DNA from: the human T2T-CHM13v2.0 reference genome, Homo sapiens | DNA: 64,000 nucleotides | Assembly: GCF_009914755.1 (NCBI RefSeq) | Contig: NC_060932.1 | Direction: 5' to 3' (one strand) | Part shown: positions 51,504-64,000 of the stretch, piece after piece | How the letters are laid out: every line of letters starts with the position of its first letter | How positions within the stretch are numbered: position 1 is the stretch's first letter | Program-made: the position numbers and the translations under genes | Notes under the pieces: model-generated | Seen by the model: the letters and a program-made list of their open reading frames with translations, nothing else | The model's database searches: none | What the model was told of the DNA's origin: nothing

Positions 51504-53759
51504 AGGCTATTAAATTCTACTATGAGTTTTAAGTGTGGATTTAGGTCTTACAATATTAAGTAATGGAGTCCATCATCTGTCAAAGAAGGAGAGACATAAA
51601 TGAAGTTGTATATGCCTAAAATGGAGACAACTTTCTAATTTCTTTTTAAATGAAGTATATAAAAATAAAAATTGTTGGAAATTCTGGAAATTCTGTTTTA
51701 TCTGAAACTTTTAATTATTTTTTTAATTCCAACAATTTAGATTATATTTATTTTCCAGAAACACACTATATTAAGGTCATCATGAATCACACTTGGCATT
51801 CATTCAGTTATTTATCTAAGTAGATATTCAACAAAAATTTATTATAACAATTGGGTGAAAGTATTATACTAATACATTTGGAAAATAATGAGTACTTAAA
51901 AAAGGTTAGATTCTAGAAAGCAAGTAAAAGAATGGAGGACAATGCTGAAAAGGCAAGGACAAGCATTTCTTATTTCTCAATTCACATACGTTCACGCATT
52001 TAAATGGAAGTACCAAGATTTATTGGACAAGAGACATGATATAGTTTTTAGTGCTCCAAATAATAAACAATAATATTACCTTAGACTATCTAAATATAAA
52101 ATTGGATGTTTAAGTTCTTCAATACATATTGAAAAAGTAAAACTAGACATTGAGACTAGGTTTTGGATGCCAGCTCTGTTACTTACATATAATAAAGACT
52201 GCCCTCATTTTTGGATCTCCGATTCTTTCCTTGTTTTTAAGTTGTTTGTTTAGTTTTGTATTAAAATTATAAAATGAAAACTTTTGCTGTACTGAAAATT
52301 AAAAGGAGCATATCTGATGATATTTCTATAAGCACATCATGACAACTATGAGGAGTTAAAAATACAAAATTTTATAGAAAAATAATGACAAAACAATGCT
52401 TTTTTCAGTTTTATATTTGAGTATATTTGATTTATCATAAGCTGAAATGTTGCAACTCTGAGTTGTACTACCCTGATCACCAACTAAAACAATTATCCTC
52501 ACTGTGTATTAGCCTTGAATTGTTACTTTATGGTGATGAATAATATTAGAAGTACAATGTTCAATCCTGCTAATAAAGGGTGCCAACAAATAAAAAACAG
52601 AACATATTACACATCCATAAAATATTGAAACTACTTAGATTTTGAATCTGAAAATATACTGATATTATAATTTTTAAAAAGTGTTCATATCTACTGTTTG
52701 TCTCTAAGTGTATTTCCTATAATATTTAACTATAATAATATATAGTAATTAGTTTATAAATTAACAGTGAACCGTTTTACATCCCTTGATTTTATACTTT
52801 TGCTATTATTTTACAGTGTCAATAACAAATTAAAGGAGAAATAAAGTAATTATACATAGACTGTGTCATTATTTAAGCCTCCAATTCTTTGTCTAACATG
52901 AATGAAAATACTTACAATTTTCTATAGTAAGTACATATATCAGAAGATGCATTTACTCAAATGAAGAGAAATGTGCTACATGAGGATCCTACATGCTGGT
53001 AGTGAATCCAGGGACAAAGAGATTTCATGAGAAGCAACAGCAGAAAGAAAAAAAAAGCAAATGTAAAAATTTAATCTTAAGATTATGAAATTAATCTCTG
53101 GTTGTGTTGATAAATATCATATTTATAAAACAAGTCCATGCCCATTAAGAAGTCATTAGATAATATAGTTCAAATCTAAGCTGTTTGTTTTCTTTAAAAT
53201 ATATAAAACACTTAAGATACATTTTAAAAATTCATATTAAAAGATTTGGACTTGTAATAATTTAAGTACAAAGAAATACATGCTCAGCACCGACACCATT
53301 CCTTATTCCCCAGATTAAGACCTAATGGCCACTGCCAAATTAACTAAAGGAATCATTACAATTGAAGCTGGCATAGTAGACTCAGTCATTTTACAATGTG
53401 CTCACTAGGAAAAGTTATAACTGAGTTTCTTCAGAAGTAAACAATTGGAAATATTGCATAACTTTACAATTGTCAAGAATGTATTTCCTAACAACAAAAA
53501 GTGAAGCTGATGAGTGGAGTGCAGAAACCTCATTTAGAGCAGATTTCTATTTCTAACTGTAAAAAATAACTGGCATCAAATTAATCCATCCTACTTAAGG
53601 AGGAGTAGGATAGTTTGGCTGCAACAATTACAACTTTTACTGAAGCCACCAAAATATGTCTTAGTGATGATACTTTGGAATAACATGATGACCAAACAGA
53701 CATTGCAAGTTTTAAGCAAAATATACAAGATTTTGCATTAAGTGGTTTGTAGTGTGTAG

Positions 53760-53897
53760 GATGGAAAGATTGGTATCATATTAGATTACGTAGAAATGCA
53801 GGCTCCTGAGCCCCACTCCAGATGTGTAAAATAAGAATCAGCAGTTTAGCCAGATTACCAGATAGTTCTTATAAACACTGAAGTCTGGAAAGCCCTG
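53760..53897. mobile_element. MER5A-like fragment
   Basis: tagaaatgcaggctcctgagccccactccaga...acactgaagtctggaaagccctg. Confidence 0.6.
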
Positions 53898-54038
53898 ATT
53901 TACATGAATGTTAATAGAGGAAGGAGTGCAGGGTGTACAGAATGAGACCTTAGTTTCAATCAGCCTCTATCTACTACCATGGGCTGGTTAAGTGTTTAAC
54001 AACTGGCTCTCTGGAAAAGAATAAATAAAAACAAAACG

Positions 54039-54507
<469 letters not shown>

Positions 54508-55259
54508 GAAAGGAGAAAGGAGTAAAATACTTTCTCAAAGGAGAAATTTGAAATATTTGCAAAACATTGATGTATGTACAATGTCTAACTCTTTTCATAC
54601 TCAACATCAGGAAATTAGATAATAACTTTCTGCAATGAGTCAGCTAAATATCCAGCCATTCTACTGTGGCAAATTAAAGCATCTCACACTGTATCAAGTG
54701 TAGAAACATAAATTGCTCACATCAACTTCAACAAATACACTGTTTAGTGAAACATGAGTCTTTATAAACATACTGGAATTTGAAAAAAATAACACACTAA
54801 GAAAAAAATTTTTTTTAATTTGCTGATTTATGTAAAGTAACACTGCCAACATACTTGATTTCAAGGTACTAAGATGAAAACTCTGAATGCAGCTGGAAAA
54901 AAAGGTCAACTGCACAATTTGTTCTTTTGACCACATCTGAGTTGGCTGTAGTACACTATTATCTGTAAGTCACTATCTGAAGAATTGTTTATGACAAAAT
55001 AAAAAATGATATGAATTCCTCATGAAAGCTGTTAGAATAATAGTTGCTTTTATTTGTTTCTCTACCAAAATAACTATTAAAGATTTTCTGACACAAAACA
55101 TAATGGCCAAAACAGGATTGGTGCTTATTGTATGTTTTGGAATACATTAATAGATAGACAGGACTGTATTCCATGCCATTTTTACTAGTAGAACGAGAGT
55201 ATTTTCATCTTTATAAAAAGATAGTACACGAGAATATTTGCTGCTTGTTATTCTGACAC

Positions 55260-55620
55260 TGTGGCAGAGACTGCCAGTTGTCTCCTATTGGTCTCTATCC
55301 CTTTCAATCATAGCAATATATTGTTTAGCGGGACATATTAACACTCAAAGACTACATTCTCCAGCAACCAATGTAACCAAGTTTCATGTGGCTATAATCT
55401 GGCCAATTGGATATAAGTAGAAGTGTCATAACACAGCTTCTAGGAATCTTCCTTAGGAAAATATTTGTCCCATCTTTCTTCCCTTCATCTTCTCTGCTGC
55501 TTGGTACACATATATTATTGCTATATTATGTTTTGGACTGGGAAGAAAAAGTTTCCCATCCTGGAGATGGAAGAGTAAATATTTAAATAAGCATATGTCT
55601 CAAAGGCTTAACGGAGCAGA
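55260..55620 (+). mobile_element. MLT1J-like MaLR LTR fragment
   Basis: tgtggcagagactgccagttg...gactacattctccagc...ctggccaattggatataag. Confidence 0.7.
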
Positions 55621-55649
55621 GGAATATAACGGTTTTGAGTAGGGAAGCG

Positions 55650-56700
55650 TTAAGAGATGACTATTAGAGAAAATTCAGCAGTAAAAAGGCAAGAGAGAAA
55701 GCTAGGGAACTTGTTAGGAGTCTAGTGTAGTAGTCTAGTTTGGTCCAGGGATGAGACGATAGTAGCTAGGAGTAGAGTGTTAGTGGTAAAGACCATAAGA
55801 AGTGGTAAGATTACAAATATATGTTGATTTAATATTTTCTGATGAATTGGATATAAGCTGTTAGAATGAAAGAAAATCCCAATGTTTTTGGATGTGAACA
55901 ATTAAACACATGATGCTGCCATTTATTGAAAAAGACATGGAGATGAGACAATTTGGAATTCAGGAAAGATATCTAATTGAAAAACAAGGTAGGTAGTTAC
56001 AGCAAGTTGATTGCAAAAAAATGCCACCATTTCTTCATTCCATCCTGTCCTTATATGTGCCTTTGGCCATATAGCCTTGTCATGCCCTTGTGGTCTCATC
56101 CTTCTCTTGTCTGTGACTTGCTTGAGCCAATGAGAAGTTAGTAGACTGAATCAATCAGAACTTGATAAAGGGTACGTTTTCATTTTCCCATGTTTGCACT
56201 TCTGCTATAGGCATGAGAACATGCTTAAAATAATTGTACTAGTAGATGAGATATTGTCCTATAAGAGGCCAAGTGGATTAGCCTCAGGCAGAAACATGAG
56301 TGAGTCCATACAAGATCACCAGAATAACAGCCAATCCCTTCAGAAGCTTGAACAATAAGAATTTATTTTGAATGACTCTGAGGTTTTCTATGTTCATGGA
56401 GATAGCTAAATGAAATATATCCTCAGAGTTTCTATAATTATTTTAGAGACTGGTGTAGATTGCCCCATGTAGAACATGAGTGTAGGTAGAGATGACAGCC
56501 CCAAAACTGAGCACTATGCCATTCTAATATCTAGAAATAAAAAGCAGGAGGACTTACACAAGGAATTTAAAGAATAAAGATATATAAGGAGAAAATTAAA
56601 AAATGGGGCATCCTGGGAGGGAAAGCTATGAAAATGCTTTAAGGAGTGTTAAAAATGGAGAATATTTTAAAGTCTGAAAAGAGGAAGAATAATGTGAGAA
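55650..56700 (-). mobile_element. L2 remnants interrupted by an MLT1-like LTR (~55998-56417)
   Basis: ggtccagggatgagacgatagtagct...tgctgccatttattga; purine-rich antisense L2 character. Confidence 0.55.
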
Positions 56701-56744
56701 TTACTAAGTGGCAGTAATTATACTCAAGGGTTGTATAAGAGCAG

Positions 56745-57115
56745 TGATATGGTTTGGCTGTGTCCCCACCCAAATCTTATCTTCAATTGTAGTTCCCATA
56801 ATCCCCATGTGTGGTGGTAGGGGCCCAGTGGGAGGTGATTGAATCATGGGGGTGGTTTCTCCCATGCTAATCTCATGATAGTAAGTTCTCACCAGATCTA
56901 ATGTTTTTATCAGGGATTTCCTCCTTTACTCAGCCCTCATTCTTTCTTCTGCTGCATTGTGAAGAAGGATATGTTTCCTTCCCCTTCCACCATAATTGTA
57001 AGTTTCCAGAGCCCTCCCTAGCCCTGTGGAACTGTGAGTCAACTAAACCTCTTTCCTTTATAAGTTACCCAGTCTCAGGTATGTCCTTGTAACAGTATGA
57101 GAATGGACCAATACA
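56745..57115 (+). mobile_element. THE1D-like solo LTR
   Basis: tgatatggtttggctgtgtcccc...ggaccaataca; TSD agcag/ggcag. Confidence 0.92.
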
Positions 57116-57299
57116 GGCAGGATTGAATGAAGAAATGGTGGCCTGTTTTGCAGTCAACTTACTATAACTACCTACCTTGTTTTCTAATCCTATGCCATTC
57201 CTGAATCCAAGTTGTCTCATCACCATGTCTTTCTCAATAAATGGCAACACGTTTTGTTCAGTTATTCATGTTCAAACCTTCATAAATATAACAAATTCC

Positions 57300-58005
57300 A
57301 GTTCTTGGAGTTCCTCTCCTGTAAAAAGTCACTATGTGTGGGGGTATCATCAGCTCTCTACTGATTGCTTTGTGGAAATTGAGGCTCTGGGAACCCAAAC
57401 AAGTTTGAAACTCTGGCTATTTCTATGGCTGTATATTAAAAAGTCCTTTGTCCTTGTCTCAGTTTTGTGCATTCTGTGACATGTTAACTTGTTAACTCTC
57501 AAGAATGATAAAATCTCCGAATCCTTTTTTTTCTTTTACTTTAAGTTCTGGGATACATGTGCAGAATGTGCAGGTTTGTTACATAGGTATCCATGTGCCA
57601 TGGTAGTTTGCTGCCCCTATCAATTCGCCATCTAGATTTTAAGCCCCACTCCATAGGCCCCAGTGTGTGATGTTCCCTTCCCTGTGTCCATGTGTTCTCA
57701 TTTTCAACTCCCATTTGTGAGTGAGAACATGTGGTGTTTGGTTTTCTGTTCCTGTGTTAGTTTGCTGAGAGTGATGGCTTCCAGCTTCATCCATGTCCCT
57801 GCAAAGGACCTGAACTCATTCTTTTTTATGGTTGCATAGTATTCCATGGTGTATATGTGCCACATTTTCTTTATCCAGTCTATTACTGATGGGCATTTGG
57901 GTTGGTTCCAAGTCTTTGCTATTGTAAATAGTACTTCAAGAAACATACATGTGCATGTGTCTTTACAGTGGAATGGAAATCTCTGAATCTTTACAGTTCT
58001 TGACA
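57300..58005 (+). mobile_element. LTR40-type LTR 3' half, split by L1PA8
   Basis: aaagtcctttgtc...ttaacttgttaac...aaaatctc..[L1]..tttacagttcttgaca terminus. Confidence 0.7.
57525..57976 (-). mobile_element. L1PA8-like 3' end
   Basis: Reverse ORF 57704-58006 gives the L1 ORF2 C-terminus; TSD aaatctc(c/t)gaatc at 57511-57523 and 57977-57989. Confidence 0.93.
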
Positions 58006-59320
58006 ATAAGTGAAGTACATACAGATGGGCCGAGTTCTTGATAAAAGTATGAAGTATATACAGATTGGTCCATAGTGTCTATTTATTTGTCAATATGGAA
58101 TGAAACATGGTATTTAATTAAACTTACCAAAATAATAATCTGTTATAGTTTATAACTGTTACTTTTGGTTCCAGGTATCATCTCTTATGGCCATAATGTC
58201 TGCACAAAATGTTTGTTTGCTTCAGGGACTTCATAATTATCAATAAAGTTCTTATGAATTTTTGTTTACACAATTACTTAAGGGACTCTAATTAGCATGT
58301 ATTTTTCAATTAACTTCTGTGTAAGCCTTGTCATTCTTCCATTGTGACCTCTTTTTAAATGAATTGGTCTGTCTCTAGCATTGACCTTTATCTCAGAGCT
58401 GCAACTCTTCAGTGAACTACCTCCCTTAGCCTCTGTGAGGGTTTTAATTTTGCAACTGGAAGAGCTTTGCGTGTGTGGGTGCATGTGTGATAAGTGTCAC
58501 TTCTTCCCTTGGTTCAAGCTGAAAATTATTTACCTCATTGGCAACATTGTGATTTCTGGGAAGCCCCAGTTAAGGGTGCCATTTCTTAAATTCTTCAGTG
58601 CAAACACATTTGCTTATTTCAACAACCCTCTAAAAAATACAAAATAAATATTAGAATATTGTTCCTTTTGACCAAATGGAGATTGAAAGACACCTCCAAA
58701 CATTATAGTATACATGGGCATATTCATTATATTTAAACTATATGGTAGAACAGAAAAGATACTAGCTAACATATATGAAATGCTGCTTACATGCCAAGTA
58801 TTGCTCTGTGGATGTTGTATCATTTGCTCCCCTTCCTTATCTTCAAAATAACCTTGTAGAATCATTATTATATTTTCCACTTCACATTTTGAAGAATTTA
58901 CAGTATCTGAGTGATAAAGCCAGCATTAAAGGTCATGTCTTTTGACACCCTGTTAGCATATTTGTGATTCTTCTATTACCATATATGTCTTACAAAGAAG
59001 AAATATATATTTAGAAGATGCATTTATATTAAAATGTGGCCATCTTGACAAATGAAGCCATTTGAAGCATAATATATGATTATGATTGAAATGTTTGTAA
59101 CCTATAAGAGGAAGTACAAAGATACACTATTTTTGCCCCCAAAATTTATTTACTAAAATAAGTTTGAGGAAAAATATGAAGAATACATTGACTATATATT
59201 TTTAGGTAAAGCAAAGTACATTATGTTGATTAATTATAAAATGCATCTTTTAATCTTCTATTCTTTGTCTTTGTACATACTTGTTTTGAATTATCATCTA
59301 AATAAGTCACTCAACATAAT

Positions 59321-59901
59321 ATAGTAGGCATAATTCCACTATTGGCTCCAAGATTTCCACTCCTTCCCCATGAGTGCAGGTGGAATTATGCAGCTAATAT
59401 AATAGTTGTTCCTTTGATTAGGTAAAGCTATATTACAAAAGGTGATTGAAGAGTCACTCTTATGACTACATTATGCTGTATAAAACTCTTTTTAGCCAAC
59501 TAAAGAGGGAGATAAATATAGAGATATATTCCTGCTCTGCTGAAAGAAAGCCATGTTGTGAACGGTCTTTGAGAAAGTCATGGATAGGAACCAAAGGGAG
59601 CCTCTAAAACGTAAGAAAATTTTCCAGTCAATAGCTAGCAAGAAAATAGAGTCATCAATAATACAATTGCAAGAAAATAAACTCTATCAGCAATCAGTAT
59701 GGTTGAAAGAGGACCCTGAGTCTTAGACATGAATCACAGAGCTGCCAACGCCTGGACTGAAGCCTTTTAAGACCTGAGCTAAGAACCTAGCTGACTGCAG
59801 CTCAGACTTCTAACCTACAAAACTACAAGACTGTAAACTTCTGTTGTATTAATCCTCTAAATTGTGGTCGTTTGTTATGCAGCAATATAAAACCAATATA
59901 C
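59321..59901 (+). mobile_element. MLT1E-like MaLR LTR
   Basis: tagtaggcataattcc...gccatgttgtgaac...cagacttctaacctacaaaact...tttgttatgcagcaatataaaaccaata. Confidence 0.75.
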
Positions 59902-62900
59902 ATGAGAATGATCATTTTTTAAAGATTTATTTTAATATCCCTAGGCAAATTAAATGCTATGGTCTGTCCACAGGGAAAGGCACAATATAATACTGCATAA
60001 AGGATAGTGAGTGAAGACTTGTGCTTGTCAGTTACGACCAAAAGAGCACACTGCCAGAGATCTCTTTGTAACACGTGAAATAAAGTCTTCAACTGAAAGC
60101 ACAGTGAAAGAACCAAAAATATTGATAAGTGCCTTCAAAGATGACAGGCAGTCAAAGAAATTATTATAACTGCAAATGAATATAAAGAAAACAATTTAGA
60201 AGATCAATTATTTTTACTACATACTTGGAAATACCATCATTACTGTAATCATTAAATAAAAAGAACAATAACTAATCAATATTTAGTTTTCTGAATAATT
60301 CTAAAGTCCCACAACCAGTGCTTTGAGGTCAATTCACATTTCCTGACAAAAGAAAACATCATATCCTTCAAAATGTATTATTAATCACTATTGCTCAGCT
60401 TCTTGCATTCCTTTAAATTTTACATCATTGATTTCCCATTTACTTTAGCCTGTTATTATGACTTTGCAAGAACTAAAATTATACTCCCCCTCAACCTATG
60501 ACCAAATGAAAACGACTTTTGGGCGCTTCTTTTTTCTGGTGTTCTATTAATTAAGATTTTGATAGCAATTTCTCACACTTGGTAGCATTAAAATTCACTT
60601 GAACATATATGATTAAAAGAACATATAAAATCTGAAGAATATTCTAGATAAAATCAACATATGATACTGTGTAAGAAATTTCTTTTTTGGTATATTGAAA
60701 ACATTTTACAAACTATCTTGTCCTTTGTGATACCAGGTTAATAATTATCAGTGTTAAAGCTGATAGTTATTATTTCAAGTACTGAGAAAATGAAATTTGA
60801 GGCTATTATTTTATTCATGCTGAAAATTTTATCTAGCATAGTATAATGTATAGCCACCATATTAAAATAATTGAGACTTATTATTGCTATTGCAGTATTT
60901 GATTTGTACATTTTACTTTATTTTTTCTGATACTTAAAATGATATAGTAAAAAGAATAATTATCTTAATAAGGAAGAATTCATTTCAAGTTTATTTTTTA
61001 TGATGTACCACAATATTTAGCATCAAATAATAGTATGAAATTATTTTTTATCAGTTTACTAAGTTTTGGGAAGGGGAAATTAAATTCTCATATTAATTTC
61101 TAAAGCAAGCTCATAGTGTAACTTTATACCACTATTTTTGCACTATCAATTATAACAACTATTACTCTGTATGGCCTTTGAGTGAAAAATAGCAAAATAC
61201 CTTTTACATATAATTAGAATCTGAAATAATCACTCTATCAAACTTCATTCTTACATACTTATCAAAATGATAAATTATAGCAGTTGATAAGTATAACACA
61301 TTCAACTATATTTATATATATATATATATGAAGGAAATTCATTGTGAAACAGGATTACATAATAAGTTTGATCACTTTATTTCTGGAGAATGAAATAAAG
61401 CCTTTTATGCCATCCCATCTTTTTCACATGAAGCACAAAGCTTATGTAGGTCATATATCACTAACTTAAGCAATTTTTCATTCTCAGCTTGTTTTTCTTT
61501 TTGTGCTACATAAGCAATTCTGTATTTTTGAAATGCTTCAAAAAGTAACCATTTAACCTAAGAAAATAAATATTTTTAAACAAAGAAATATTCATTAAAA
61601 TCATAAATAATTTCGTCTATTTTTAATTATTTAAAAAATAAAAGGCTATTTTCCCTAAACCTTAATTATTTAATGTAAATATGTATGAATATCACAAATT
61701 CTAAGTGATTAAATATAGCTCATGTCTGCCTTTTAACACAAACACATTCATTGGAGTTTTAATTCCTTAACGTAGGAGATGTATTAAACCATTCCTCATT
61801 ACTAATCAATTTTTTTGTTAGATGGTCTGTATATCAGCTGAGTTTAACAAGCATTTATTAAGTGCTTGGAACATGTGAGGAATATGTTGAAACCAGAGGC
61901 AGGTACACAAAATGAGTAAAACATGTTCTATACTTGTAAGCTTCTCACAGCCTACTGTGAGTGAAAAATCCAAAATGATTTTTTATACATGTTGCTAAAC
62001 GTGTCATATCTGTCAAGTGCTATAATTTATCATTTTAATATGCATGCTAGAATTGTTTAATTGAGACAAGGTATGGACACATCTGAGCATAGAGAGAAAG
62101 AGCATTCAAAAATCTATGATTTTTTGAAGGTAACCAAGGCCTGCATAATGTCTGGAAAGATAAGTATGTGAGCCAATAAGTGAAGTGTGTGCAGGGTGTT
62201 CTGAGCAGAAACAAAAAAAAATAGCCTGGGTTAAGACTGGGTAATTCAAATAATACAGTATATGTATTAACAAAAGTTTGATATGCATTAATAGTGTTAA
62301 TTCAATTGTTTTATAAATTGAAGTAAACCCTGGCTAGAAATGAAGCTGGAGGGATAGGTAGTTTGTACAGGTTGTGTATGCTACACTAAGCTAAAATGGG
62401 GGTGATAAAATATTACTGCTTAATGTCTAAAAGCATCTATAGTATTGCTAATCTGTTGAAACTTTCCTGTTAATACAGTAAAAGTGATTTATACCTTCCT
62501 GGATAAAATATGTAAAATGACTAGAAAATTAATAAATTATTGTTTATATCTAGCCGAATCTGAATATTCATTGTAAGTTTCTTTATTTTGAAGATTATAT
62601 TTAAATAATAAACTGATTTGTGTTATTCTCTAGATTAGGATTTTGAACATTTACAACTGCTTAGAAGGTAGAGAGATACTCATGATTTAGCTAAAAAGTC
62701 ACTTGTGGATTAGGGTGTTTCCATGACTAACTAGGTTGACTTTATGGGCCTCTAAAGACAAAAGATTCGAATTTGACCAAAAGACAAAGGTCAAGGTCTT
62801 TGCAGGTATGACATTTCCTCGTATTCTGTTTTTTGAAATATAGTAACTCTCATTTATTCTTAGAAGTATTTAAGAATGAAAATCCATTAACTTTTTATGA

Positions 62901-63744
62901 ACCTAACCTAAATTTATTCCTAGCAAACTGTTTAATAAATGGAATTTTATAACATAATCTTATCTTACTAAAATCCAACTGTTTTGCCAGAAGCATAATT
63001 GACTTGATTCTAAATTGTAAGCTCTCTATTAAATTTCATGATACTGCCACTTAGATTTTTAAAGCTTAGTAGTTGAAAATAACCCCTAAACTTAAAAAAA
63101 AAAAAAAAAACTAAAGTAATTTAATGCTCTCAAGGATAAATTTCTAATAAACATGTTTGACAGAGAACTAAATAGAATGGCAAATAGTAAAACTATCCTT
63201 TTATATGTCATTATTTTAAAAAGACAAAGATTATATAAGTCATGCATAATATTTGCAAGGGTGTATTTTGCATTTTATGTTACCTATTGTTTTAATATAC
63301 ATTCTTGTTTAAGCAATGTTTTTTGTTCTAAATTATATTTTCTCATATCCATTTAAATCTAAGTGGAATCACAGCTAACAGTTCTAAATTAAATTTCTAA
63401 AATGTATACAGTTCTCAAATGTAAGACATTTAAATACATTTTTTATAGTAAGTGCTTCGTTAAATTATTGGTCTTTACTATTTCTCATGTAATTTTGTAG
63501 GGTGAGATAATCCATGTAAAATAGCTGTGAATGGCACATATAAATAACTTAATAAATGTTTCTTAGTAGTAGTAGTGTTATTAGCCACATTTTTATATTT
63601 CTGAATTAAAATGTGAGAATGATTTATTAGCAAATTTGCTAAATGTGAGCATTTTTTCTATAATGTTTTAATTAGTAATACACATCGACAATCATAGAAT
63701 AGTAAGTACCTTGTGTTTGAAGTGGTTTTCAATGTATATTCTTT

Positions 63745-64000
63745 ATTTGCAAATACTTCATCCAACAGTGAACTAATATGTCCAGAATACAAAACGAACT
63801 CAAACAACACAACAGGAGAAACATGAATAATTTCATGAAAACATGGGCAAAGGACACAAATAGACATTTCTCAAAAGAAGACATACAAACTGCTAACAGG
63901 TATATGAAAAAAATTTCAACATCACTAATAATCAGAGAAATACAAATGAAAATTCCAATGAGATATCACTTGTCCCAATCAGAATTATTATTGTTAAAAA
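63745..64000 (+). mobile_element. L1 (L1PB/L1MA) ORF2 3' fragment running off the window
   Basis: atttgcaaatac...tgggcaaaggacacaaatagacatttctcaaaagaagacatacaa. Confidence 0.88.

Overview
This is AT-rich, CpG-poor primate (human-like) non-coding DNA, either intergenic or deep intronic. I recognise no protein-coding gene. The supplied ORFs are short chance ORFs or translations of Alu, L1 and LTR sequence. The window is a mosaic of 8 Alus, L1PA 3' ends, ancient L1M pieces, MaLR/ERVL/ERV1 LTRs, DNA-transposon fossils (Tigger3b, Tigger4b, MER58A, MER5, MADE1), MIR/L2 relics and microsatellites. Five items stand out: (1) a tailless 5'-half tRNA-Gln(CTG) retrocopy between perfect 17-bp target-site duplications (TSDs), 9866-9946; (2) an unexplained ~145-bp inverted repeat pair ~1.9 kb apart (25253-25400 / 27319-27460); (3) a decayed LTR40-type class III provirus with ERVL-like pol and a gamma-type env TM remnant (30717-35764); (4) a templated-insertion scar with a perfect 80-bp palindrome (45340-45703); (5) two micro-inversions inside one ancient L1. 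Subfamily names come from recalled consensus sequences, not a database search. Boundaries of old elements are approximate. I see no clear evidence of a new functional system.
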